Source: the human T2T-CHM13v2.0 reference genome, Homo sapiens. From it: 64,000 nt of DNA. A program made the position numbers and the translations under genes. Within the stretch, counting starts at the first letter, position 1; the number at the start of each line of letters is the position of its first letter. Positions 42,731 through 60,154 of this stretch are shown here, piece by piece. Below the pieces are notes generated by a model. It was not told where the DNA came from, made no database searches, and saw nothing but the letters and a program-made list of their open reading frames with translations. The stretch lies in assembly GCF_009914755.1 (NCBI RefSeq), contig NC_060933.1, one strand, 5' to 3'.

Positions 42731-45700
42731 TATATCTATTTTGTAGGAATGTTTACAGTAGGCCCTAGTGCTACACTGATTTTGCAATAGAGGTGCAGAG
42801 CCTGAAGCTTTCATTTTTCACTAAGATACAATGGTAATGTTAACCCATAAGAATTGCCATAGTACAGTTACTAATCAACCAGCTAAACATGCAGAAGGAG
42901 GGAAAGAGGTGGAATTATGTAGAGGGGTCATAATTTAATTGTTTTGAACTTCTGGACTGACCTGGCTCTCTAAGGGCCAGCATTTTCCCCATGAAATTCT
43001 CTTTATATAAACATTTTACTCCTCCTTCCACTCTCCCACTGTAGGTGCCACTCTATGGTTGCTGGCTTATGTGTATGACTCTAGGACTCCATTTTGTCCT
43101 TGAGTCCTATTGGTACTTTTTCTTCTGTTTAAGAGATGGATGAAGAGAAGTGGAATAGGGAAGGAGAGTGGACATAAATTTACTAAGTCATTAGGACGTG
43201 GTGCCATTAAGAAGACAAGAGACAAGGTGTCCAGACCACAGATCCATAGTGTGTACATCAAGAAATTCACAGGAGGTACATCTGAGTTAAATCTTGAAGG
43301 ATGAACTGGAGTTCACATGATAAAAAGGGAAGAGGAGATCGTTTGCTACAACTAGATAATACACATCCAAATATCTGGATAGATGGAGCAAGCCTGTAAC
43401 ATTTTGGCAAATTGTTGAATAGCAGACGGGAAGGGCAAAATTAAATTGGATTTTTGTCATATCTATTTTCCAAGCACACAAGACGTGCTGGGAACTGAAT
43501 ATTGTTTGTATAAAATGTACTTTTAAGTAGGCTTCAGGATATATAAAATTTTAATTGACTTCCATCAAAGTATATATATTTCCCTGTTTACTAATTATTT
43601 TGGGTAGATATGTCTTATTTTCCCACTTAGATTTCAATTAGAGACAGTATTAAGTACTATTTTGTATCCATCTAGCAAAACATTACACAGTGACACATAA
43701 ACAACTTAGTAGATTCATATGAATTTAATAAATAAAAAAATTAATGAAACTTTAAAAACCCTATAACGTGTCATGAAAATCGCCTGTTGAGACCAGTATT
43801 CTATTCTGGAGAAAAGCATTTTGTTTTCTTATGTGGTATGGGTCTCAAAAGGTAAGGAATGTACCACTTCATCCAAAGTTCTCAGGATTTCCTTGTAATA
43901 CATCCTTACCACAATGTGAACATACATTTAGTTAATGATTGAATCAGTAATGATTTTCAAAATATGATTGGAAGACCAATTTTTTTACCTGTCATAGAGG
44001 GGTTTGATTTATAGTAAAATAATTTAGTTAATCTTTGCCACTTTTGGGGTGTTCAGCTTCCACACCTGCTTCATAATGGTATCTTCATCTTAACTTGGAG
44101 ATCACTTACTTGAAGGCAGTGTCCATCTCTAGGTGTGGAAGCCAAAGATGGTTCCTCTTTCTTCATCTTGATAGAATCAGGTGGCAAAACTCTGACACAG
44201 ACTTGAACAACAGGTGTTCTTTTGTAAGATTTTGGATCTTGAGCAAGTGATAGCACAATACAGAGTCTGTTAGAGTTGTCTGACATCCCCTGGGTATCTT
44301 CTGCATAGCCGTCCAGAGCTTACTTGGGACCTGTCAGATTTTCAAGCTGGTCTTCCAGTAGTCCAATATAATTCCAATCAATTCTCTCTCTCTTTTTGCT
44401 TCAGATGATCTGTGTCATGTTCTGCTGTTTACAACCAAATGCTGAGATGATATAGATGGTGTTTAAAATACAAGAAAACATACATGTCTATGTTCTCTTA
44501 TATTTTTATCCTCATTTAAACCTGATGGTTTTAAAGAAGTATAAATACTACAAAGTAGAATTTTGACCAACAAAGAGAGTATTTCTGTCTTTAATTTCAA
44601 CCATCTGTGACAAGTTTCCCACCGGATGCAAAGGTTGTTGACAGGTATTGTAAATGCCTGCAAGTGACACACACATTTTTAGATGGAGATTTCGGGATTT
44701 CCCCAGTGAATGTGATAAGCTATCCAGATGGTGCCTTGATACCACTCAGCAGAGTCCTTTAACGATAACAATTAACAGCTAATTATATTTAATACCTTGA
44801 AAGGAGTCCAGTCGCATTTGTTTGATCAGAAATCAATCCCTGGGTAGATCCAGAAGAGAGAAAAGAGTTCCAGCACAGCCATCTGGATACTCTTTTCCCT
44901 GCCACTTTTGCCACTGAAGAGGGTTTAGGGATGACCATGGCTCCTCTTGGAATATATATTCTGCGTCTGGAAGCTGTTTAAAGAATGGGCCTTGCTGAAT
45001 TAAAAAGAGAAAAATTGGTTTTTGTCCCATCAAAGACAAGAGTCAAGTTGGATAAAAATTCTGTTTAGATGGAGAGGACAAGAGAAAAAGCTTAGAAAAC
45101 CTGCCCTAGACATTTGTGGTGATTCTAGGAGTTATGATATAAAAAAACTATGCCAAAACAAAGTTGGAGCATAACTACTGCAAATGATGAATTCAAAGAA
45201 ACATATGTTGCTTCTTCCCATATTATAAGCACAATCTCTCTTCACATAGCTTATACACAGGAAATGAGCATTATAATGAAACTTAATCAATTTATAGACT
45301 TATAGTTTAATTCTCATAGAAGCTAGTAAGGAACAAACAGCTTTCAATATATGTTATTTACTTCCCATTCAGAGTGCTAACTCTGCCTACTTGACCTGCA
45401 TAACTAAGGCCAAGCTCTTCCTCACTGGGAAACAACTGAACATGTAGAGATCGTCCATCCAGGAACCATGTCTTGGTGCACCTCATAACTGAGTCCAGAA
45501 TCTAGATAGTTGAATCATTGTAGGCAGCATATGACTAAGGGGTGAGATGTAATAAAATTATAGTTATCCCCCTCTGGAAATGGCCTCAAAACACAGTGGA
45601 GGGCCCTCAAACCCTAAGAGGCCATGTCTGTGTTGTTGAACCCCATGCTTTTGGTCAGATAGCTGATTCAAGCTGGACCAATTAGATTTTATTTCCTGGA

Positions 45701-46199
45701 AATCTGAATCTTAGAGAAGGGAGGCAGAGAGACTTAGGGGTTTTGGAGCTCGGTCACCAAAATGGCAATACTTTAGAAGAAAAGTTCGTCCTGTATATTT
45801 TTATGTGTACTTCAAGCATAGCTTTTTAAAAAGTGTATTTTCATAGGTTCTGATGTTTTTATCTTTTTGTGGGGCTAGAGTTCTACAATTTCAATTTAAA
45901 TTTCCAAAAATTCTGAAGGTTTGTATCAGTCAATTCAGGATAGGTTAACAGTAACTTCATAGTACATATCCATTAGGGTCAGTTGGGAGCTGTGCTCCAT
46001 TGATCCTCAAACAGAACCATCTGGAATGATGCCAGTCACTGCAGCACACCCTTAAATACTTCTGTTCAGATTTTATTGGTTAATGCAAGTCCCATAAGCA
46101 TGAATTCAAGAATGTTAGGGAAACACAGTCCTATTATGTCCTGGAATGACAAAAAGTAGAAATACTGGAAATATTGATGAGTGGCACTAATGTAATATA

Positions 46200-47070
46200 T
46201 CAGTTGCAGGATTTTTTGTTTCCTGGTTTATTTATGGTCAGAGAATATTTCCTGTAATCTTTATACTTTATAAATTTGGAATTTATTGGAGTTTGCTTAG
46301 TGGTTGAATATATAGTCAATTTTTCTGACTGTTTCATGGACAGGAGGGCATATTGCCTCTGGTTCATGAAACAATGCCCCCTAAAAGAAGGCATATTACC
46401 TATATTTGGGGTATAGAAATATATATATATATATATATATATAAATTACATCTACTTTTTATATATGATACTTATATATGATACTTTATATATAATATTT
46501 ATATACTTAAAAAATGTTTTCTGTCCATTTGATTTGCTGTCAATTAAGAGAGGAAATGAAGATCTGTGATTTCATTATTATTTTTTTAGAGACGGGGTCT
46601 CATTCTGTTACCCAGGCTGGTGCTATCATAGCTCAATACAGCCTCAAACTTCTGGGCTCAAAATAAGTGATTATAGTTGCTTGCCACCACACACAGCTAA
46701 TTTATTTTATTGTTTGTAAAAGCAGGGTCTTACTTTGTTGCCCAGGCTGGTCTCAAACTCCTGGCTTTGAAGTAATCTTCCCACCTTGGCCTCTAAAAGT
46801 GCTGGAATTACAGGCATGAGGCACCGTACCCAGCTTGAATCTGTTATTTTAAATATATTTTCATTTATTGACCTTTGTATCTTCTGTGATTTTTGCTTTA
46901 TAAATATTATTTAGAGCATATATTTGTAACTTGTATAACTTCATTATAAATTGTGCATTTTATAATTATAAAACACTCTATTTTTATAATTTTATGCATT
47001 TTCCCTTGAATTCAGACTTATTTGATACTAAGATCATAAGCACTAATCTCTTTTAGATACATACTTGCCA
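46200..47070 (-). mobile_element. Ancient L1M endonuclease-region remnant with (TA)n and an Alu inserted
   Basis: tttatggtcagagaata...tatatagtcaatttttc...tctgtccatttgattt. Confidence 0.55.
46575..46835 (-). mobile_element. AluJ, internally deleted
   Basis: gagacggggtctcattctgttacccaggctgg...cagcctcaaacttctgggctcaa; degenerate TSD atctgtgattt/atctgttattt. Confidence 0.9.
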
Positions 47071-47089
47071 AGTGTTCTCCCCTACTACT

Positions 47090-47370
47090 GATAGGTTACT
47101 TATGATTTCCATCTGGATCCATTGATTATTCTCTCTTCCTTGAAATATCATTTTTTATTTGTCTTCCAGAATATTATATTACGTAGTTTTTCTTCTACCT
47201 CACTAGTTGCTAACTTTTTCTCATCTTATTTTTACTATTTTCTTATCATCTCCCTAAACCTTTAAATTAGTTGGCGTGCTTGAAGGCTCAGTTCCTGAAA
47301 CTCTTGCCTTCTCTATTTTTACTAATTCTTTTGGTCGATGCCTTTTAGCCACTGGCTTGAATGCCAGCTG
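47090..47370 (+). mobile_element. L2 RT-region fragment
   Basis: attgattattctctcttccttgaaa...ttttcttctacctcact...ggctcagttcctga. Confidence 0.6.
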
Positions 47371-48039
47371 TCTTATATCAGTCAAGGGTTCAATCAGAAG
47401 ACAGATATCATAGCAGTTATTTCTACAGAAGGAATTTAGTATAAAGCATTATTGACTAGGCATACATTTATTGACTATATCACCAGTGACTATTATTTTG
47501 AGATATTGGGCCACATTTTCAGCAATTATAGCTTTCAAAGAAAGGGCTAAGTTTGAGCACTTCAAGGTGTCATTTCCCAGTGTAATTTTAATTTTCTCAC
47601 ATGTGAGCTATATTGATGCCTGAGAAAGCACCAAGTGTGTTTGAGTATATAGATAATACCAGCTATCCTCTATGCACTGGCACAAACTCTCTTGCTCCTT
47701 TGTTTTTTTTAAATTTTCACTTGTTCACATGCTTTTGGTTAATCCTTACTTGCATTGGAGAGATAAGAGCACAGAGATTTGAGTTTGACCATTGATGTAC
47801 AAATAAACAAAGTCTTTTAGCCTGCTTTGGTTGTAAGCCCCCAGAATTATCTGGATAAGGTATGAGAGGTCCTACACAAAGTCAATACTAATTTGATAGA
47901 GTTTTCTATTAGAGTGTGGAAGAGAGGTCTAGCCAGGAATATGCTCCTTTCTCATGCTCTTCTTTCTCTAAGTCCGTATGTTCCTTGGACATTTTCTTGT
48001 CAAAAGCGAAATTGACCAACTATCTTGTTAGAAATATAA

Positions 48040-49947
<1,908 letters not shown>

Positions 49948-50239
49948 AGAAATATAAATCGGCATCTTATTTAACACTACTTACAATTTTTCTCTAATGT
50001 GTGATTTAAAAGGAGAAAATGTATATGACAATAAGAAATAGTGTTACATTTTGATAATATTTTCTCCTTCCATGATGTGGGATTTTCTTATTGCATTCTC
50101 TTCAAAAATCACATAACCGTTTTACTTGTGACCATTTTGTGTATCTTTTTGCTCTTTCTGTATTATCAAAATGCAATTGTTTGCAATCAAATACTCATGA
50201 GAATATGACTAAAATAAAATACTGGCCAAATAGATAAAT

Positions 50240-50410
50240 ATTAATGATGATATTGATAGTTGTTTTCTTCTGAAGTGCTTTGGTGTATGTTAACTCATTT
50301 AAGCCTTATCACAATTTCATGAAATATTCTGAGCGAGTGTTATCCTCTTGTTTTTACAATCAATGACACTGAGGCCTAGGGAGTTTAAATGACTTGCTCA
50401 AGGTTGTAGT
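50240..50410 (-). mobile_element. MIR SINE
   Basis: taactcatttaagccttatcacaa...acactgaggcctagggagtttaaatgacttgctcaagg. Confidence 0.75.
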
Positions 50411-51623
50411 TTAGTCTTTTCTTTTTTCTACATTGTTGTGAGACCCAAGCACTCTATAGTTGCCATTATTAATTTCTATCTTTAAATTCAAGTGGACTCG
50501 AGAATCTTTTGCTGGTTAAACTATTTTTATTTCTGCAACAACAGAACAGAGTTTGATTCACTGAATTGGCCTTTATGAAAGTTAATGAGGAATTAAGCTG
50601 CCTGAGAGACTTGAGGTGAAAGATTTCTCCAGGTCTTTTATACCCTGTAAACATACAGCAGGTAGAGAGCAAAACTTACCTTTGTACCTTGTCAGATGCA
50701 GGGGAGGAATTAATAAACACAGAGGAAGGAATTGCCTGCTGGGTGCTTTTACTGTTTAAGAGCTTCCAGTAATTGTCACACTTCTGTCTTTACTTCATTC
50801 TTGTACAGAGTGTACCTTTTATTCTCTAATCATCTTCTGTCAGTGATTATACACCTGTGGTCTCAGGGCCACACTTTGCCAACAGGAGGTATACAAGGAA
50901 GCAGAGAGAATATCTCACTGACTTAGGTGTAGTGTTTCTTTACTGTTTCTACTCATGAATGCCTCTGCTTCAAATTCTCTAAGCTGTTGGATTCTGTACC
51001 TCCTTTGACCTTCAAGATGCTGTTGATCTCTCCAGCCTTGCCTAAAACCACGGAATTAACCCATTTTCTCCTCTCTCCTGAACTCAGATTTGTTTTAGGA
51101 TTCTCAATTTGCAGGACTTGTTGGGTTCCTGACCCATTGCCTCCTCTGTTATCAGGTTCACATCTGACTGCTCAAATTGGTTGAAATTAAAAATTCTTCA
51201 TTCTGCCTCTGTCTGATGATCTCTGCCCCATCTATGCTTGGGAATTATACTTTATGCTTTAGTTTTTTATTCTGCATTTTTTTTATTCTGCATGTTCAAC
51301 GGAGAGCATGATTCTCTATTGTTAGCTCTCAGGGTTATTTAAATTAGTTACCTGAGAGTGGACATGAAACTTAGTAAAACCCGAAATGATTGGAACCATG
51401 GGAAGCATGTGATGTTTTTTTCTGAGGAGGAAACACATAATGAGAGTTCTGTCTTTTAGGAAATGCACTTTTCCAGATTCAGTTTATATCAGTTCAAATC
51501 TGGAAAATAATCTGTCACCTTAAGAGTGAGGTTTCATACCCTTTCCCGTTCTCCACCCAATAGCTATGGAAAGGGGAAGATCCCAGAGAACTTGGATAGG
51601 AAAGGGGAAGTCAGAGCAGTACT

Positions 51624-51646
51624 TCAGCCCCACAGGGCAGTAAGGG
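51624..51646 (+). other. Known SpCas9 off-target site of the HBB guide CTTGCCCCACAGGGCAGTAA
   Basis: TCAGCCCCACAGGGCAGTAA plus GGG PAM; the 17 PAM-proximal nt are identical to the HBB exon-1 protospacer. Identity as the chr9/GRIN3A-region site is recalled from gene-editing literature. Confidence 0.85.
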
Positions 51647-51663
51647 CAGCCTTCCTCTAAATA

Positions 51664-51845
51664 CCAGATTCCCAAATCTGGCTGTGCTTTCAATTTGGGA
51701 GTTGGACATACTGCTAAACTATAATTTCTTAGGCCGTACCTAAAATATATTATGGAAGCATAGCCTGGAAATCTAAATTTTTAACAGATTCTCCAAATGA
51801 TTCTGATGCAGTGGGTCAAAAGATTGATATTTGAGAGCCACCGCT
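51664..51845. mobile_element. MER5-like hAT MITE
   Basis: gcctggaaatctaaatttttaacagattctccaaatgattctgatgca...tttgagagccaccg. Confidence 0.6.
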
Positions 51846-52791
51846 CTTAGAAACTGGAGGTAACAATTATGCAGATCATAATTGAGAGTAAAAAACATCT
51901 TACAAGATACAGTTGATAAAGACTCTGTATTTAAATCAGTCTGACAAAAGAGCTATTGAGAGGGGAGAGAGAATTCTCTTCAATTCTTTATGAACTCTTT
52001 GATACAAGAAGCTGAGCAACCTCCATAACTAATTGTTAGAGTATGAAACCTGAAAGAAGAGGATCCATGAATCATGACAAAATCAAAACAGTTGACAGAC
52101 TAGAAGAGATGTATTTTCCTTATCGACACCTAGCTAATGGCTTCACCATTGTCCTACTGAAGATGGATTGAAAGTTAATGTTGGACTCACCGTGTTTCGT
52201 AGCTTATGTTTATCATGCTTGTTACATCTTTATTGTTCTTTTCTTATGGTGTGTGTTTCATAGTTCTTCGTTCATCATGCTATTTCATCATCAGTGTCTT
52301 CTTTTTAAAAAGATGAAGTCCCAAAGTTACATATTCTTCAGCTATTTTTATAGACACATAAATCACAACTGGGTTTGACTTTAGTGACAATTGTAGTCAA
52401 TAATCTGATATTCAGAGTGGGAAAAGTAGAACAGTAGCTTCTCTTAACTTCTTAACTTCTTAAGTTACAAAGTTGTAACTTAAGACTGGCTTCTATCTAG
52501 GCATGCTCAGGGGTGATATTCAAAAAGTAATACAAATTAATGTGTAAATAAAATGCATTTAAAATTCTGTTCTCTAAATTAGACATGTGTATGACACACA
52601 TCTATAATTATACAATTGCTTACTTAGTTATATAAATCATTCATCCAATTTAATAATTTTCAAATCAGTTATTGATTTATTTAGAAGTCAGTAATATAAT
52701 CTTTTGTTTATCATTTCACTAAGTTGCTCCTGTCTGAGTCCAGATTTAATATTGTGAGCCACATAGCAGTGTTCCAATGACTTCTCCAATA

Positions 52792-53790
<999 letters not shown>

Positions 53791-54246
53791 AATGGAAAGT
53801 GGATAGGTACCTGGCACCTGTTACTTTTGTGTCTTTTGTGCTGGCTGCCCTGCCTTCATGTGCATATCCGGAGAGCCTGAGTTTCAATCAGACTGTGGCT
53901 ATCACTGTCATCAACTAGTGATGACAATGTTGCTGCCAGTGTGCTACTGCTTCTGCCATCTGCTCTGCTACTTTGTCCTTGCAAATCTTGAGCTACTTTA
54001 AAATAGCAGGTGGGATCAGAAAATGCCACTGGCACTGTTGCTGCCACCAGCTCAGCAGCCACCAGGAATGTCCCATGTCTATACTGGCAAGACTTGCATT
54101 CTCAATTTCCTACCTTTGTTGATGCTATGCAAGATTATTAGATGGTGTTTTTCCTCAGTAACCTATGTGGCAGAATTTTAGATTTCAGTATAGCATGACT
54201 ATACTGTTGTAAACTGGTTGAATAGCAGTTCTAGGTATACTACCTC

Positions 54247-54650
54247 TGTCAGTTCAAAGGAAGTTCAGCTGCATGTAACAGATATGTAAACAAATTAGAC
54301 ATTTACTTTTTTTTTTTGTGGGACAGTCTAGAGATAGGCAGTTTGGGGCTAGTATAGTGGCTTGATTAGTTTATACAATCTCAATTTTTTTCTTTTGATG
54401 TTATTTCATCCATGACATTCGGTTCATGGTCCAAAATAGCTGCTCAAGCTCAAGTCCTCATGTCATATTCCAGCCTTCAGGAAAGAGGAAAATGGAGAGG
54501 AGAGAGATGTGATGTTTCCTTTAAGAAGACTTCACAGGAGCCTCACACAATATATGTCACATGTAGAAGCAAGGTAGGCTGGAAAATGGAGTCTTTAGGA
54601 TGCCAAGTTTCTAGCTCATAATCAAGGTGATAGCTAAAGACTAAGTTTGG
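54247..54650 (-). mobile_element. Old MLT1 (J/K/L-like) LTR
   Basis: ttcagctgcatgtaacaga...tcatggtccaaaatagctgct...gcaaggtaggctggaaaatggagtcttta. Confidence 0.6.
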
Positions 54651-54822
54651 AGACAATTTGCGTCCTGTTACATCTCTCTTTAAATCATGCCCCTGTTTCC
54701 TTAAGGTTGATAGAAAAAGCACAAAGAAATGAAGATACAGATGGAAAATATGGAATGCTCATTCAAGCTACAGTTTCAAAGCATTTTGATTCTGGGTCAT
54801 GAACTTTTGAAAACATTTTTTT

Positions 54823-57800
54823 CCAATGCCCATATCAGAAAGCTAGAAAGATCTCAAATTGACACCGTAACTTCACAATTAAAAGAGCTGGAGAAGCAAG
54901 AGCAAACAAATCCAAAAGCTAGCAGAAGAGAAGAAATAACTAAGATCAGAGCAGAACTGAAGGAGCTGGAGACACAAAAACCCTTCAAAAATCAATAAAT
55001 CCAGGAGCTAGTTTTTTGAAAAAATTAACAAAATAGACCACTAGCTGGCCAAATAAGAAAAGAGAAGAATCAAATAAAAAATGATAAAGGGGATATCACC
55101 ACTGACCTCACAGAAATACAAACTACCATCAGAGAAAACTATAAACATCTCTAAGAAAATAAACTAGAAAATCTAGAAGAAATGTATAAATTCCTGGACA
55201 CATACACCCTCCCAAGACTAAACCAGAAAGAAGTTGAATCCCTGAATAAGCCAATAACAAGTTCTGAAATTGAGGCAGTAATTAATAGCCTACCAACCAA
55301 ACACAAACAAACAACAACAACAACAACAACAAAAATACAAAATACAAACAAACCCCAGGACCAGGTGGATTCACAGCCGAATTCTACCAGAGGTACAAAG
55401 ATGAGTTGGTGCCATTCCTTCTGAAACTATTCTAAACAATTGAAAAGGAGGGACTCCTTCATAACTCATTTTATGAGGCCAGAATCATCCTGATACCAAA
55501 ACCTGGCAGAGACACAACAAAAAAAATAAAACTTCAGGCCAATATCCCTGATGAACATTGATGCAAAAATCCTCAATAAAATACTAGAAAACTACATCAA
55601 GCAGCACATCAAAAAGCTTATCTACCGTGATCATGTCAGCTTCATCCTTGGCATGCAAGCCTGGTTGAACATATGCAAATCAATAAATGTAATCCATCAC
55701 ATAAACAGAACCAAAGACAAAAACCACATGATCATCTCAATAAATGTAGAAAAGGCCTTCAATAAAATCCAACATCCTTCATGTTAAAAACTCTCAATAA
55801 ACTAAGTATTGATGAAATATATCTCAAAATAATAAGAGCCATTTATGACAAACCCACAGTCAATATCATACTGAATGGGCAAAAGCTGGAAGCATTCCAT
55901 TTGAAAACCAGCACAAGACAAGAATGCCCTCTCTCACCACTCTTATTCAACATCGTATTGGAAGTTCTGGCCTGGGCAATCAGGCAAGAGAAAGAAATAA
56001 AGGGTATTCAAATAGGAAGAGAGGAAGTCAAATTGTCTCTGTTTGCAGATGACATGATTCTATATTTAGAATACCCTATCATCTCAGCCCCAAAACTCCT
56101 TAAGCTGATAAGCAACCCCAGCAAAGTCTCAGGATACAAAATCGATGTGGAAAAATCACAAGCATTCCTATACACCAACGATAGACAAGCATAGAGCCAA
56201 ATCATGAATGAACTCCCATTCACAGTTGCTACAAAGATAATAAAATACCTAGGAATAAAGCCAACAAGGGATGTGAAGGACCTCTTCCAGGAGAACTACA
56301 AACCACTGCTCAAGGAAATAAGAGAGAACACAAACTAATGGAAAAACATTCTAACCTCATGGATAGGAAGAGTCAATATCATCAAAATGGCCATACTGCT
56401 TGAAGTAATTTATAGAGTCAATGCTATTCCCATCAAACTACCATTGACATTCTTCACAGAATTAAAAAAAACTACTTTAAATTTCATATGGAACCAAAAA
56501 AAGAGCCTGTATAGCCAAGACAGTCCTAAGCAAAAAGAACAAAGCTGGAGGCATCATTCTACCTGACTTCAAACTGTACTACAAGCCTACAGTAACAAAA
56601 ACAGCATGGTACTTGTACCAAAACAAACATATAGACCAGTGGAACAGAACAGAACCTCAGAAGTAACACCACACATCTACAACCATCTGATCTTTGACAA
56701 ACCTGACAAAAACAAGCAATTGGGAAAGAATTCCCTATTTAATAAATGGTCCTGGGAAAACTGGGCTAGCCATATGCAGAAAACAGAAACTGGACCCCTT
56801 CCTCAAACCGTATACAAAAATTAACTCAAGGTGGATTAAAGACTTAAATGTAAAACACAAAACCATAAAAGCCCTAGAAGAAAACCTAGGCAATACAATT
56901 CATGACATAGTCATGGGCAAAGACTTCATCACTAAAATGCTGAAAGCAATTGTAACAAAAGCCAAAATTAACAAATGGAATCTAATCAAACTAAAGAGCT
57001 TCTGCACAGCAAAAGAAACTATCATCAGAGTGAACAGGTAACTTACAGAACGGGAGAAAATTTTTGCAATTTACTCATCTGACAAAGATCTAATTTCCAG
57101 TATCTACAAGGAACTTAAACAAATTTACAAGAAAAAAACAGACAACCCCATCAAAAAGTGGTCAAAGGATATGAACAGACACTTCTCAAAAGAAGACATT
57201 TATGCGGCCAACAAACATGAAAAAAGCTCACCGTCACTGGTCACTAGAGAAATGCAAATCAAATCCACAAGGAAGTATCATCTCATACCAGTCAGAATGG
57301 CAGTTATTAAAAAGTCAAGAAACAATAGATGCTGGCAAGGCTGTGAAGAAATAGGAATGCTTTTACACTGCTGGTGGGAATGTAAATTAGTTCAACCATC
57401 GTGGAAGACAGTGTGGTGACTCCTCTAGGATATAGAACCAGAAATACCATTTGACCCAGGAATTGCATTACTAGATATATAGCCAAAGGAATATAAATCA
57501 TTCTACTATAAAAACACATGCACATATATATTTATTGCAGCACTATTTACAATAGCAAAGACATGGAACCAACCAAATACCCATCAATGATAGACTGGAT
57601 AAAAAAAATGTGGTACATATACACCATGGAACCCTATGCGGCCATAAAAAGGAATGAGATCATGACCTTTGCCGGGACATGGATGAAGCTGGAAACCATC
57701 ATCCTCAGCAAACTAACACAGGAACAGAGGACCAAACACCACATTTTCTCACTCATAAGTGGGAGGTGAACAATGAGAACACCTGGATACAGGGAGGGAA

Positions 57801-58003
57801 GCAATGTACACCGGGGTCAGTCAGGGCATGGGGGTCAAGGGGAGGGAAAGCATTAGGAAAAATGGTTAATGCCTGTGGAGCTTAAAACCTAGATGAAGGG
57901 TTGATAGGTGCAGCAAACCACCATGGCATGCGTACACCTGTCTAACAAACCTACCCGTTCAGCACTTGTATCGGGGAACTTAAAGTGAAATAACAAAACA
58001 AAA
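54823..58003 (+). mobile_element. 5'-truncated L1PA8-10-like element, about 3.2 kb
   Basis: ORF2 remnants including [12 protein letters not shown]; 3' UTR gcttaaaacctagatga; TSD gaaaacattttttt at 54809-54822 and 58004-58017. Confidence 0.93.
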
Positions 58004-58291
58004 GAAAACATTTTTTTAGGAGCAATTTTCTTCCGTCAGTGCTCTAAAAGATCTGCATTCTGTAGTCCTTCCCTCAAAGAAAGCCTTGCCCTGGACTTGA
58101 ATGCTAATTATAATCATTACAATATTTTCAGTGTATGTACTTTGAAAGCTTTATGGGAAGGAAATGGAGACCTGCAGTTCTGGATATGGCTGAGTGTGTC
58201 TGGTGTGCTGAAGAGAGTCAAAATGAGAGTAATATTGAGTATACAGTTGTTGACCCAGACCCATCATTCTAGATATATCAAATTGTGAAGC

Positions 58292-58738
<447 letters not shown>

Positions 58739-59231
58739 TGACAGAGGGATTCCCACCCTAAGGTTATGGGGATGGCTGAAGATATGACACTTGACACTAA
58801 AAAGATGAAATGGACAGCATTTATTAGTCACATACATTCACAGCTTGCAGGGAGGAGGACACCATATGTCATCCAGGGTCACACAGGGGTTGGACTCAGA
58901 AACAGAATGAACAGCCAGGGGCTGCAGAAGGCAGATTTTGTAGAATTAAAAGGGTGATGTGTCCCCTGGTTCCTGTGGAAGATGTGATCAGCTTGTTTGA
59001 ATGATTCTACAAGTTGGCAGGAAATTGAAACCCAATACTCACAATACTCAGGAATAAGCAGAAACTGTGTCTGGTGCCTTTGATAAGGAGGGCCATTTGG
59101 CTAGGAAATCTTATCTGTAGGAGCAGGTTTGGGAGGGGACATAGCAGTTAGGCTATTCAAAGCCCTTCTGATTTCACCAGATGTCAAGGCAGTACATAAT
59201 ATTGAGCCTCAAGTTTAGACCTTACATCACA
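58739..59231 (-). mobile_element. ERVL-class solo LTR (MER74/MER76-like)
   Basis: TG...CA termini; caccagatgtcaaggcagtacataatattgagcct...ccttacatcaca end motif; subfamily uncertain. Confidence 0.55.
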
Positions 59232-60154
59232 TACTGAAGATTTACTGGGCAGGGGTTTTCCTTCTGCTTCTCATTGGAGATATATTTAAACAGGGAGACT
59301 AGGATCTTTGTAACTTTTCCCCTTGTTTAAGTACAGTGGCCATTCAGTGCTTGACTAAATTTCCTTTTCTATGAAAAGTATATTAATATTTACAAAAATC
59401 CAAATTGATATTGTATTACATAAAGAGAAAACATTATATCACTATTTTTTTTTCGCTCTCAAAGGACAGGTCAGCAACAGGACAGCCATCACCATGAAGC
59501 ACGTAGGGACTTTTGCAGTATGTGTCTCTGGCAAAAGAAAGAAAGCTGGACTGGGGTAGGGAAACTGACATAGCTCTGGAATTGGCCCACAATGGATATG
59601 ATTGAACAATTCAACTGGAGTATCCAAAAACGTATGACAGGGGCAGATATATTTTAGGATTGACATTTATATCCTTGGGAGTAAGCATCAATGATAGTTT
59701 CCATCATGGGTGATTTCCAAACTCAGGCAGGTGGTAGTACTTTGACAATGGGTAGTTAATCCAATGGTTCAGGTCAAAGGGAAAAGTCCAGTCCTTGGTG
59801 GTGATCTGAAAGATATTTGCTATAGCATCACAGTTAGTGCTTCTTGCCTAGCAGGAAACACTGGCAATGCTCAGCGACTGAGGATTGGATGATCCCAGCA
59901 GGTAATGGACCAAAAAGCTTAGTGAGAGTTTTGGGTGTCCAGGTTTTATCAGAAACTTTTTTTTCTTTTAAAAAGAATTGAATGGAATCCCCCTCCTGAT
60001 ATGCCCGATTTTCTTTTATTATATTAGTGATACAAAATGTAATTAAACATATTTTCTTCTTTTAGAATTTTACTTTTTAAAAATATCTGTCAATTGTATG
60101 GGGAAAATATCCATGCTTGTTTGGAACATAGAACCTGTTCTGAGATGAGTTAGG

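Noticed and set aside
51560-51700. Globin pseudogene around the HBB-like 17-mer
   Set aside because: No globin homology extends beyond the protospacer
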